Positions 1-12,007 of a stretch of DNA of 64,000 nucleotides are shown in pieces (positions within the stretch are counted from its first letter, which is position 1; each line of letters starts with the position of its first letter). Location of the stretch: assembly GCF_023055435.1 (NCBI RefSeq), contig NW_025963813.1, positions 17,546,001 to 17,610,000 of the forward strand, written 5' to 3'. The position numbers and the translations under genes are program-made. The notes below the pieces were generated by a model. That model saw only the letters and a program-made list of their open reading frames with translations, was not told the DNA's origin and did no database searches. The DNA comes from Haliotis rufescens (taxonomy: Eukaryota).

Positions 1-1174
1 CAATGAAATTATGAGATGTGCGAACTTTTTATCACAAATTGACGCGTCTCAAAGGAAACCGGTATGCTTGTTGGCTGCAAAAGCAAAAGATTTATTGGTT
101 TTTTTCCCCTCGGGCCGACAAGCGATGTAATCACTCGCTTTGGAGCAAGAACTTTCTGGGGTGACTATGAACTGTTGATTTTGTGGACGTGTTGTTATAA
201 GGCGTCGCACGTTTGACTGACCCGAAATGTGAGCAGTAACGTCGATAAATTCGTGAACATCATAATTCCTGTGTACATCAGAAGTCATTCCAATACATTA
301 AAAAGGGGGACCAGTTGAGTTTGGTCCCTGCAAAGGAAAATGCATACATGTAGCTCAAGGTATGTTTTGTCATTGCAAGACCCAGTTATGGGGCGGAGTA
401 TAAGCGTTGCTTCAGAGAATGAACATTGAGAGTCAATTAACCAGTGTGTGTTTTTATCATTACAGTTACTGTTGACCTCGTGAGAACCCATCTGTATCTG
501 AAGACTGAGATATTTCAATGAGATAAAGAAATTGTTAGTAATTTGAGTTCAGTTATCATCTACATTGACACGAAACCCGCCAACAGAGTCGCAAATCTTA
601 ACTATTTCTTTGCCAAGCAAGAAAACAAGATCTTGGCAACTACCATCAATCATAAGAGAAAGCAATAATTGCTAGGAGCCAGTGACACCACACAAGCGTT
701 GTTGTAGACACAGTGAACCTACATAGCACTCCAGAAGTAGTGTTCAATTCTCATAGTCTGGGCGCTTAATATTGTGGGAGGGGCTTGGGACGGGTTTTTT
801 AATGTTGGAAAAGAATAATTTGTACATTTACAAAGGAAACAAGACATGTTCACTTGAGTTGCTGATTATCATGAAAAAAATGAGTGGATTTTAATGAGTT
901 TGGCTCAGTAGAATGGAAAAAGTGGATGTCTTTAAGCAGTGACAGAAAACAATACTCTATGATTTTTTTCTGTATTGGGTGTTGTAGGTCATCCAAGAGG
1001 TAGCACTTGGGAACTGTCATGACGTGTCGGTTTTTTGTAATGCAACACATTCATGAATCAGTTATTTCTATCAGTTAAGACTACCCTGTCTTATTGGTTT
1101 CCTTTTACTAATTATAAAGCCCAAAGAATGTTCAGCATGAAACGATCAGAACCTGTATCACTTTCATGAAAAGA

Positions 1175-1447
1175 GGGGGCACGGGTGGCCCAGTCGTCTA
1201 AGGCGCCGCGACTCGCTGTACAGAGTTGCGTCCCTTGGGCACGCCAGAAACCTATGATTGTGGGTTCGAATCCCGGTTCGCCCCGATTGTGTTTCTAGGT
1301 TTGTCGGCACCATAACCGTGCTCGTGGGTTTCACCGAAACGTCTGAGACCTGCATCACTTCGGGCTTTCCTCCCACATTAAGCTGACCTGCCGTGATATA
1401 ACTGGAATACTGTTAAAAGCGGCGTAAAACCCAACTCACTTAATCAC
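1175..1447 (+). mobile_element. SINE family A (tRNA-Leu-like head, ACTC tail), full length
   Basis: A box tggcccagtcgtctaaggcgc, B box gggttcgaatccc, TSD tcatgaaaaga. Confidence 0.93.
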
Positions 1448-1990
1448 TCATGAAAAGACGGATGCAAAGGAAAGATTCTCTTCTCAAATACGGTAAATTA
1501 GGTATTTTTTTCTCCAGATGTCTCACACTGCCATATCAGAAGCAGCTTGTTTGAGCAGGAGATCTTAAACAGGCCCATTCAGAATCTTAGTAGAATTTCT
1601 TTCACATCAAAATGTCAAATATTCCCAAACTTTCTTTTGTATGGATTCTTGGACACAATCTTTCTTTGGGTAAAACACGTTTAAAATGTTTTCAAGTTGC
1701 TCAGATTAGCTGACACACACATTTTGCTCATGCTGGAAGTCGTACCCGGGTAGTCAAAATGCATTGCTAACACTTCATAAAATTAACCACAAACCACTTG
1801 GAAACTTAAGAGAGATCCTATTTCCTAGTTAAACTGAGACATTGTCTTTGTGAAGGTTAATCATTAACATACAAAATATAACTTGATTAAGCAAACATCT
1901 GATTGACCGGAATCCAACTTGCTGGAAATAGGTTCCTCATCGAGATCGGTGATATTTTTTTCATGTTATTACAGATTGCGTCTACAACTA

Positions 1991-3529
1991 TACTGAAAGG
2001 CAAAAGAAACGTCACTTCTGAAAATACTGATAAAAACACTGGCATTTACATGTTCTGTGGTCAATAAACTCATTTAACGTTCTACTGCTTCTTTTTGTTG
2101 CCTTAAAGTCCTTTTTACAATTGATTTTAATATGAAGTGCTTTGCCCAAACGCAGCCTACAAAAGTGCAATGGGACTCAGTTGCGGAAAAGTCTTGTCAA
2201 AAACATGATGCACGTGCATATCATGGATGGTATGGGTATAAAAGACACCCAAAACTGTTAAGCTGGCTTTCGTTATTTCGATTCATCAGCCATGCCAAGA
2301 TTATCAGGAAATGAGAGACAACAAGCGATCGGAAGACTGCAAGCAGGCTAGAGTGCACAGGTCGTTGCAAATGCATTCAATGTCAACGTCAGAACGATAT
2401 ATCGTTTGCAACATCGCCACAACACCACCAACACCACCGACGACCGACCGCGTAGTGGTCGTCCTAGAATCACTTCTCCCAGACAAGATCGGTTCATAAT
2501 ACGCCAACATCTGCAGAACCGATTCCGAATGGCCACTGAAACAGCTCGGCAAACCATTGGCAACCACCAGCGTGCAATCAGTGATCGTACAGTCCGACGT
2601 AGCTCACTGCCAATAACATCTCGTACCACCGTCCTGCTCGTGTACCCATCCTGAGAGATCGTCACCGACAGGCCCGACTGCAATGGGCCAGGCAGCATCA
2701 AAATTGGCGTCAACAGCAATGGAGAAGAATCATCTTCAGTGATGAAAGTCGCTACTGTATTTCAACGGTGGATGACAGAGTCAGGGTCTGGCGAAGGAGG
2801 GGCGAACGTTATGCTGATACTTGTGTTATAGAACGAGACCCATGGGGCGACCCAAGCATCATGGTTTGGGGTGGAATCGGACTGAACTAGAGAGTAGGAC
2901 CTGTGGTCTTTCAGAATATTGGTCCTGGCAGGGGTAATGGCATCACAGCTCTCCGCTACATTGACCAAGTCCACAGACCCCATGTCGTGCCTTTTTTTTG
3001 CCCGCCATCAAAACCACACCTTTCAGCAAGATAACGCCCGTCCCCACACTGCTGGAGTCACCAGGGACTTCCTCCAGCAGCACAACATCCAAATCATGCC
3101 TTGGCCTGCCCCCAGTCCGGATTTGAATCCCATTGAACACTTGTGGGATGAGATCCAACGCCGACTCAACGACGCGTACGTACGCCTAAGGCCGACAACT
3201 GCAGCAGAACTGCGTGTAGCGTTCCTGAGGATATGGGCCCATATCCCAATGGCCTTCATCAACACGCTAGTCCACTCCATGTACAGGAGATGTGTGGCTG
3301 TAGTCAACACCCGTGGTGGCCACACCAGGTACTGAGTTTGAACCCCCCAGCTGTGATGTCCTCTGGTGCCTCCCCAAAATTCACAATTCGCAAAAACATT
3401 CCCCAGACTGTTAATTTCATGTGGGTCAAACACTGACTTTCTCAGATGTCTTTACTTACATATATAAGCATTTGAAAATAAAGATATTTATATGATACAT
3501 CCACATGACGTTTCTTTTGCTTTTCAGTG
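1991..3529 (+). mobile_element. Complete Tc1-family (DD34E) DNA transposon, inactive
   Basis: ~24-bp TIRs (tactgaaaggcaaaagaaacgtca / tgacgtttcttttgcttttcagtg). TA duplication at 1989-1990 and 3530-3531. The empty site (tacaacTAgttagcatc) is visible in the paralogue at 30261-30277. Confidence 0.96.
2292..3335 (+). pseudogene. Tc1 transposase pseudogene
   Basis: MPRLS start, HTH region, GRPR motif, IIFSDESRY, FQQDNARPH, SPDLNPIEHLW (34 residues between D and E), GGHTRY end. Premature TAG at 2349 plus frameshifts. Confidence 0.95.
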
Positions 3530-3699
3530 TAGTTAGCATCTACCTGATTATGTCTACAGCAGACTTTCAGAACATATCTGCAAGGCAACATCTGTGTTCT
3601 TCCGATATGAATGTGACGTCCATACATTTTGCCGAAACTACTCTGACTGTAGTAAGATAGTAGATAGTCGATAAACTCACGTTGAACATGTGTAACTTT

Positions 3700-4780
3700 T
3701 AGTTTATTTAATTATCCGACCAGGCTTACACATGCCAGTCCCGCCAGTGCGTGTTCCAGGGCGACAAAGTGATTAATGGGAGTCATTTATGTGTATGCAT
3801 GCACTGTATCACCGATCAAGACGAGGTGCTTGAATGAAGAGGGTTCCTCACTGCTTCGTACTGGTTTATCCTTACATCTTCCATCTTCACCCAGTTACCG
3901 TATTCATTCATTCATGCACCCGCTCCCTCTGTCTTTTTCTTTCGCATTCTTTTATCCATTCATGAAACTAACACGTGTTCTTTCTTGATACATTTTTCAA
4001 CAGAAATCATTCACCACAACTGAAAGAGGAATGTTCAACTTTTAATTTCGAACACAGCTATACCAGGAAGGTATCGACGCCTGTGTAAAATAGGAGCCAT
4101 GACTTTGAGTGAAGACTGTAAGTGCTATCTACAGCCAGCGTTGCGAAATAGTTCATCATTTGGAAAAGCTATAGTAGCCTCTCATATACCTGGTCGTTCT
4201 AAGTAGTTGGTACTTTTGCCATCCTTTACTGTGTTACAACCGCGCCTGTTTTTGAAGTTCCTAAAAGGAGAAATGTCATTCCCGTGCTCTGCCTTGTCCA
4301 TGGCTTCAAAGCACAGCATACACAATAGAAAACTGTAGCCTGTACGTCTTTCAAGCGCAAAGAGATTCACACTTTGCTTTAATTTTGAAGAATTATATGT
4401 CACGTCGAACTAGTTCGCTTCAAAGCAAACCTCATCATTTTTGGCTGGAACAAAACGCTTTGAGTCCTCTTGAGTCCTGTAGCTTTAAAAGGAAAAAAGA
4501 CGGTTTTCATTTCTTTCATATTTCGTGTTTGCTGCTTCCCAACTGTGAGGAAGAAAGCTCTATTCAGGCCTGGAAGAAATCAAGAAACTAATGAGCAGGA
4601 ATACATTATTTATCTAAAGTAAGACTTTGGAGTTGTATCATTAGACCGTATTTTCTGAGCACTCGTAGACTAAGAAATTTCTCGGGTTTTTATATATATT
4701 TGAAATTACCAACCAATCGTGACTGTGTTTTCATTTGGTTGTCAATGGATATACAAATTGAAATTCATTTTGGAAATACA
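3700..4780 (+). repeat. Unknown module M, copy 1 (internally deleted)
   Basis: Shares ggcgacaaagtgattaat, aagacgaggtgcttgaa and gcgcaaagagattcacactttg with the other three copies. Confidence 0.9.
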
Positions 4781-7479
4781 TAATACATTATGGATGTATA
4801 GCTAAACAAACGGGAGACTTCTCAATCGTTGCTTTGGAATTAAGAATGCATTATATGTCTGTTAAAATATATCTGCTCTGAGTGATTGAGAAAATAAATC
4901 ATGAAATCGGATTGTAGCACTAATTTAGTGAAATCATAGAAAGGAGATATCAACAAGACTATATATATGTATGTATTACCGACAAACTACTTCCAGAAAA
5001 TTCAGGAAGAAATATTTTTTAAAAACGTTTGGCAACTGTGGTTTAAGCGCTGATGGAAACGATTAGTTTTTGATGAGATAATAGTGTCAATAGAAACCTT
5101 GCCTGTATATATCTTCCAGTGAGAACTAGCTTAACAACATTTGTTTATGTCATGAGCCATTTCTGCAGACACAATTTGATGCTACCTACATGCCGGAGTC
5201 AACCGGAAGCGAGACCGGAATCGACATTCCGGTTAAGAAAACGACTTGGCTATGTGAGGTCAGATACATACATGACACATGAGTGTGGGGAAAATAATGC
5301 ATGTTTTCATTCAGATGTACTCACAGTTTGCGATATTTACTTAACATTTTGTTTTTTTCATTTCATTAACATCTAAAAAAAACTATTTTTGCATTCCCTG
5401 TATATTTCTTAAGTTTTATTTTCCATTTCCGTCATTTTTTTCTGCATACATGTGTTTGCAACATATGACCTTTAATTGTTTTTTAGCCAAGCGAAATCTA
5501 GTCGAAAATATGTTCAGAAAACAAAGAGACCTAATTTTCAGTGATTAAACCAAGAAAGTGTGTCTTAATGGGATGAGTAACTCAACTGATACATACGATC
5601 TACCGAATGATACAATTTGAACAATTTTAGGATATTTGATCAAAGGAAGCTATCAGGTTTAGTTTCAGTGTTGAAGTAAGGAAATATTCGGTCTGGGGAG
5701 TGGCTCAACTGTTGCATGTTTGTTGAGATCATTTCATAATTCTTTTGTTAAGCTTCATCAGAAGTCAATGCTGGAGAAGAGAGAGCAGTATTGACAATTT
5801 TCCATGTCCCAGGGATGTGAAAACAGCTTTTACATATTTGTACATACACTTCCACAGTTCCATCAACAGAATATGATTATTACCGAGTGCAAATACCACT
5901 CAAGGGAATACTGTCCACATATCCATAGGCCCGACGAGCAATGGAAGTCCTTCAGACGCAACCATGCAATAGTTCTTGAATCTCAAGAGTTATCGTTCCT
6001 AACAGAGTTGGTTTAGTTTTATAGATTTTACCTCGTGCATTCATATGATCGGCTTGATATTAAGAGGATTTCGGTGTTTCATATATTGGAAAGAAAATAT
6101 TTTTAAAGTCTATGTTTAATAATGAGCCAGTGCTTGGAATTATGAGTAACGTCCAACGCCGTTGATGTATGCTGACACGACATGAACCAAGTCACAGAGC
6201 CAAACAACTGATTCAATTTAGTCGCCTCTCAAACCTCTAGTGTTCCGGAGACCAAGCTACCAGTGTTCCCACAAGGGCTTTAACGATGATGAGCTCCTCG
6301 CCTGATAGAAATATCGACAAACTAAGTTTTACAAATAGTCCATGTTATCCGTTTCTCATTAGCTGTGAACCAGATCAGCTGGAGTTGATGGTTAGATGAT
6401 GTAAAATAAATGATCAGACACGTATCTACTATTTACTTAAATGAAATATACAAAATGTACATGTATAAAGAATCGCTATTCTCCCATGAATAACCCCTAT
6501 ATACTTAAGTCAGCCGCTTCAATTCAACATTGTCTAACTTAATCAAGGTTCTACTTTGACACTGATCCAGTCCTCTACTAAGTATTCATTGCGTCATTAG
6601 GTATACTGTCGCTTGTACTTGTCGACCAGCTGATGTCTCTGTATTTCTATATATTCTGCTTCCAGCCACTGTCATTGCGTATAGAAATCAACCAATTATG
6701 TCCCAAGTGCTGAGCTGTAATATAGTTTAATGATTAATTCAATCTAACAACGACTTCAACTAGAATTTCAAACAGTGGAATCCCAAACAGTTGTTGAAAT
6801 AAATTCCAGACTCGAAACAAATTTCTTGACTGATTTATGAAAGACATTTAAAAAATGAAGTTAGAAAAAGTCTTTTGTAGCCTAAATCATCGAGCGAGGA
6901 CCTTCTTTTTTGGATTTGGGGAACTCCCATCATTATTTCTTCCAGAAACACGACTTAATGTGTGGTGTATGGAGGTAGGTGTTCTTCGATAGAGGTGCAG
7001 GTAACTAAACTATGAATAATCGTTTATCATTGACTTGCTCCAGAACATTACAAAATTGTATTTATCACCTATTGGTATCATACTGATGCGTGATATAAGA
7101 ACCTACAAGTTTAAACGAATACAACTAGTGGTGAATACAATGTACTTGCTTGCTATGCAGGCTTTATCGTTTTCATATCATTGGAGGGTATGGCTTGGGG
7201 AGTGTGAGGCAGTTGCATCCCTTTGGCGTACCAGAAATTTAAGGGCGTGGGTTCGACTATCAGATTCGATTCTTGGTTTGTCAACACCATACCCGTGCTC
7301 ATACTAATAGGAGTCACCAAAGTGGTTAACGCCTAAGGCCTGCATCACCTTGGCTTTCCTGCCACATGTAGTTGACACTCTGTGACAATAACTGAAGTAC
7401 GTTTCAACTCACCCACACACTCACTAATATTTCTTATGAATATGGAAAGGGTTTTGTCGCTTTTATTAAAATGGATTAT

Positions 7480-8507
7480 TGACGACATATAGTCACATAG
7501 CCAATACAATAGGCATCTCATATGAGAGAGTTGAGAACATTCTGAGGAATGAACTGGACATGACAAAGGTTTCAACACGCTGGGTTTCAAAAGAGCCCAT
7601 CAGAAACGCTCCTTGTTCATCATATCTCATGAGAATTTTGTGGAGCGATTTGTTAGCATGGATGAGTCTTGGCTTCACCACTATCAGCCAGAGATGAGTG
7701 AGTGAGTGAGTTGGATTTAACGCCGCTTTTAACAGTATTCCAGTTATATAGGGGCATGTCAGCTTAATGTGGGAGGAAAGCCCGAAGTGATGCAGGTCTC
7801 AGAAACCCACGAGCACGGGTATGGTGCTGACAAACCTAGAAACATAATCGGGCCGAACCGGGATTCGAACCAACAATCATAGGTTTCTGGCGTGCCCAAG
7901 CGACGCAACTCTGCACAGCGAATCGCGGCGCCTTAGACGACTGGGCCACCGGTGCCCCCTTAGCCAGAAGATAAACAACATCTGACGTCCCTCCTCTGAT
8001 GAAGGGAAATACTGTTCCGTCAGCTGCCAAGGTGATGCTTTTGTTTTCCGTGATTCAAAAATAGTCCTCCTTGTGAACCACCTTCCGAGAAGACTTTTAC
8101 TGGCCATTATTATGCTATTCTGCTTAGGCAACGGCGTCACAATATCAAGCCTCAATGTCGTGGAAACCTCACAAAAGGTGTATTGTTCCACCAGGACAAT
8201 GTAGTGCTGCAATGCATAACTGTGGCCTTGAACATCCTCTTTATTCACCAGATGTGGCACCATCATATTTCCACCTCTTCCCAAACGTGAAGGAAGAACT
8301 GTCTGGCAAGCGGTATGCAAGTGACGATGACGTTATTTCTGTTATGGGTGACCTTTTACATCCCAAGATGAAGCCTCCTACACCAGTGGGATCCATGCAC
8401 TCGTTGGCAGAAGTGTTGCAATATAGTAATGTTGAAAAATAATTTGCAACCTTCATCAAAGCAGTCCATGATAGTTAGGCTAAGAACTTATATTCACATA
8501 CTTCATA
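7480..8507 (+). mobile_element. Degraded mariner-type transposon remnant, interrupted by a SINE
   Basis: Fragments GISYERVENILRNELDMTKVSTRWV, MDESWLHHYQPE, LFHQDN, HPLYSPDVAPSYFHLF. Many deletions and frameshifts. Confidence 0.88.
7695..7959 (-). mobile_element. SINE family A copy inserted in the mariner remnant
   Basis: Reverse-complement match to 1175-1447. Imperfect duplication agccaga..gat. Confidence 0.92.
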
Positions 8508-8879
8508 TTCCGATCTTCAATGTTCATCTCAGCTTGTGGCGACAGTCATATAGCCACACAATACACACTTATGCCACTCCACAGACAAGGAAACTAGCTC
8601 AAATCCCTGATCAAGTTTGACAAAACCCATGAGCATAGGTATGGTGCTGACAAATCGAGAAACAAAATCGGGGACCAAAGCATATGGAGAAGAAACGTAC
8701 AACCGTAGCGGAGAAGAGAGTGATATATCTAATACCATGACAGATGAATAAATCGTGTCATTATCAACATATTGAATAATTCCAAGGAAGTGTGTCCTGC
8801 AGACGGACTTTTCAATCATTCTGGTGTGCTGCTTTCACATTTGGAAATAATTTGGCAGCAGATATCAAAGGATGTAAGA

Positions 8880-9360
8880 TTCAGAGTGACCAATAACTCT
8901 CCATGAAACTGTATGACAAGCGGGATGACTACAACTTTCCAATAGTCAGCATTCCCATCATGTCGAGCAATATTCCAGAAGCTTCAGCCTTTGGTGTTTA
9001 CATTTCACCACTTTTGAGACACAATCGAGTAGCTCTTTCTACCAAGATTTCAAAGAGCTTCTTACGACTCTTGCTCAGAAGTTGTTTGATCAAGGTTACA
9101 ACATTCAAAGCCTCAGTAAAGCTTTCAAAACATTTATGGTAGACACGTGGAGGGCATTTCCAAATTTGACGCATCAGTGACAAACATGGTGTCCGATGCA
9201 ATTCCATATTTTGACTTGTACCATATCTTCACGCCTGTTTTTTTAGGTGAACAGGTGTCACCGGTGGGGCAGGATACGCTCACCTTTTCGCGAAGACCTG
9301 GTGTTTCATCACTATTTGACATTGATTCATAAACACATGCTCATGATATAATCGGACTCG
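8880..9360 (+). mobile_element. Penelope-like element 3' fragment (RT C-terminal region and tail)
   Basis: KLYDKRDDYNFPIVSIPIMSSNIPEASAFGVYIS matches the Penelope-like KLYDKRDDFNF..SNIP...YGVYISQL motif. Confidence 0.85.
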
Positions 9361-10562
9361 TACATTCGACTGTGCTTTAAGCAGAGACTTCTATTGAATA
9401 TGGAAACAGTTTTGTTGCTTGTGTTTGTTTAACATGATATCACCTGACATCGTCAAATCGGAAGATAACCCGAAACAGTTTGCCAAGGTTGTGAAACAAC
9501 ACATACTATTATAGTTTTCTTGATATGGAATATTTTGAATTGACTCATCTGTAAAAACCTTTCTGTAGTATTTCAGCTTAATGGTGTGTTCGATTTCATA
9601 ATCAATTTGAAATCTTCTGTTTACAGTTCTCTGCATTTATTGATTGTTATTTTTTTGTACATTCTGCTAGTCGAGGGTTAAATGGAGACTTGCTTTCATC
9701 ACGGTGCTAAATCAGGACGTTGTAATTATTCATTGTGTGATGCTGAGACTTCAAATGGATAATTTCACCACTGCACATGGCCAATGCTTCAGTGAATAGT
9801 GAGTTTATTATGCCAGATGAAGTAGAAACATTCATGTGAAATATATATCTCACATACAAATGAAATGTATATATTTATTGAGAGTCAGCTATAGTATTTA
9901 TGAAATGTTAGATAGTTTAATCTTTAATCACCATGCATCACTGCACTAGTACTCTTTAACAAAGGTGCCTACAAAGCGAGGTCACCCCTCCAGGGAAGGT
10001 CGGTTGTTCGATCCCCGACCGCGTCATACCAAAAAGCGGTAAAAGATTGTAAGACTGTAAATCTGAAATATATTACTGACATGAAAAAAATAGTTAGTTT
10101 ATTTTATTTTTTAACACCACACTCAGCAGTATTACAGCTATATGACGAAAGCCTGTAAATAATCGCGTCTGGACCAGACAATACAGTGATTCATATTGCG
10201 AGCACCTACACACGCCTTCGCTACACACCCACACTGATGTCTTCGAGTCTGACCACCATTAAGTCGCCTTTATGTTTCTCAATATCGATTCTTAAAGTGT
10301 ATACCTCTTAAGGAAAAACTCTCACGTTTCTTCTGAAACTAATGTCTTGGAAAATATGTCTTCCACCTGTTATATAGCATAAGACATATGCTGTCAATTC
10401 AGTTAACACCTTCTTCAAATACATAACGCAAACCGGGAAACAAAATTATTAACGTATCTTAATAGTTTCTATACCATAACTAGGTTAATCGCACGGCTGA
10501 TTGGTAAAATTACTATATAACTGTCACTCTTTTTGTTTTAAACTGTATTAACAGTAACATGA

Positions 10563-10792
10563 GTGGGTGAGCGAGTTGGGTTTAACGCCGCATTTAACAG
10601 TATTCAAGTTATATGAAGGCGTGTCAGCTTAATGTGGGAGGAAAGCCCGATGCGGGTGCAGACGTTTACCACTTCGGTGAAACCCACGAACCGGGATTCG
10701 AATCCACAATCATAGGTTTCTGGCGTGCGCAGGGGACGCAACTCTGCACAGTGAATCGCGGCGCCTTTGACGACTAGGCCACTCGTGCCCCC
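10563..10792 (-). mobile_element. SINE family A copy, internally deleted
   Basis: Homology to family A. TSD aacagtaacatga. Confidence 0.9.
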
Positions 10793-12007
10793 AACAGTAA
10801 CATGAATGATATAAAGAAAATCAATGGAAGGCTTCTTTTCCAGATATATCCAAGTCATGCATAAGTTACACATGACCTTTATCACATAGACACACTATCG
10901 ATATGTTGATATTCAAGGGCGCTGTACTTCAGAATGAATAAAATCGAATAAATACTTATGCAAAAACAAGAGCGAAGTTATTTTTAAAGTGTTATTTGAA
11001 ATTAAACAAAGAAATTCGCCCAAGTCGCGTGTTACATGTATGTTGCAACGTTTGTTTCCATCCCTTTACGTCTCTTTGTGTCAAAAGTACCTGTCCAGCT
11101 TCATCCATAGAATGAAACACTTAACAAAGTGATCAATTCTCAGAATTTACATGACAGGCGTTATTATTTTTGCGACACCCTGGATTCATTGAACAACTCA
11201 GGAGGATAAAAAGAAATACACAATGATAGAGTCAGCATTTTTTTATGTTAAAATTTATTAAACACACAATATAGTAACAAAGATGCTAAGATTGGAAACA
11301 CGCAATGCTAGAGTAAACATTCTAAATGTTAAATGTATCAAACCCATCAAGTTGTGACTAACAAGGACAGTTTAAATATTCAGTACATTATATAGAAAAT
11401 ATAATGGAAATTGAAATTGAAAATAAGATTACATTTCTAAAGTTTATTGTAGTTAATTACAAAAGCCTCAGTCGTTAGTCTTCCTAAGACAAGACCATTA
11501 CGTGTGAAAGCGTCCAGTGTCACGATTGAGGTAATAAGTGTGAACATCTAACAGACAATTGACAGTTAAGGTAGCCAGGCTTCCTTTGTGGTGACGCCAT
11601 GCATATTTCAACGAGTCCATTTCAAATGTCAGAGTGTCTTGATTAGGCAGAGGATGTGGAATTGTGACGTTTATCAGTAGTGTTTGGAGTTACATCCACG
11701 TAAGTGAAGGAAAGCTATCTCAACAGGGTGTTCTCTGTTCCCACTGATTAAATTTCTTAAAACAGTCCTTATGAATACACCTGCTTGGCGGACTGTTTAT
11801 AATTGGTATATATATGCAAAGCTTCCCATGGATCCAAACCATAGAGTTCCAGAATTGAGGTAATTTCACTGTTTGAATGCTGACGACTTGCCATAGGTCA
11901 CGTTCAAGAGAAATTACCAGAATGAAAAACAACTGCCAGCTTACATTTACTTAGATCTATTTTTTACTTGGCCATCAGTGACATAATTGATGCATATTCA
12001 GGGAGGA

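Noticed and set aside
200-674. Long + frame interrupted only by TGA (selenoprotein or alternative code)
   Set aside because: No start context or recognisable product, and the paralogue has frameshifts in this stretch.
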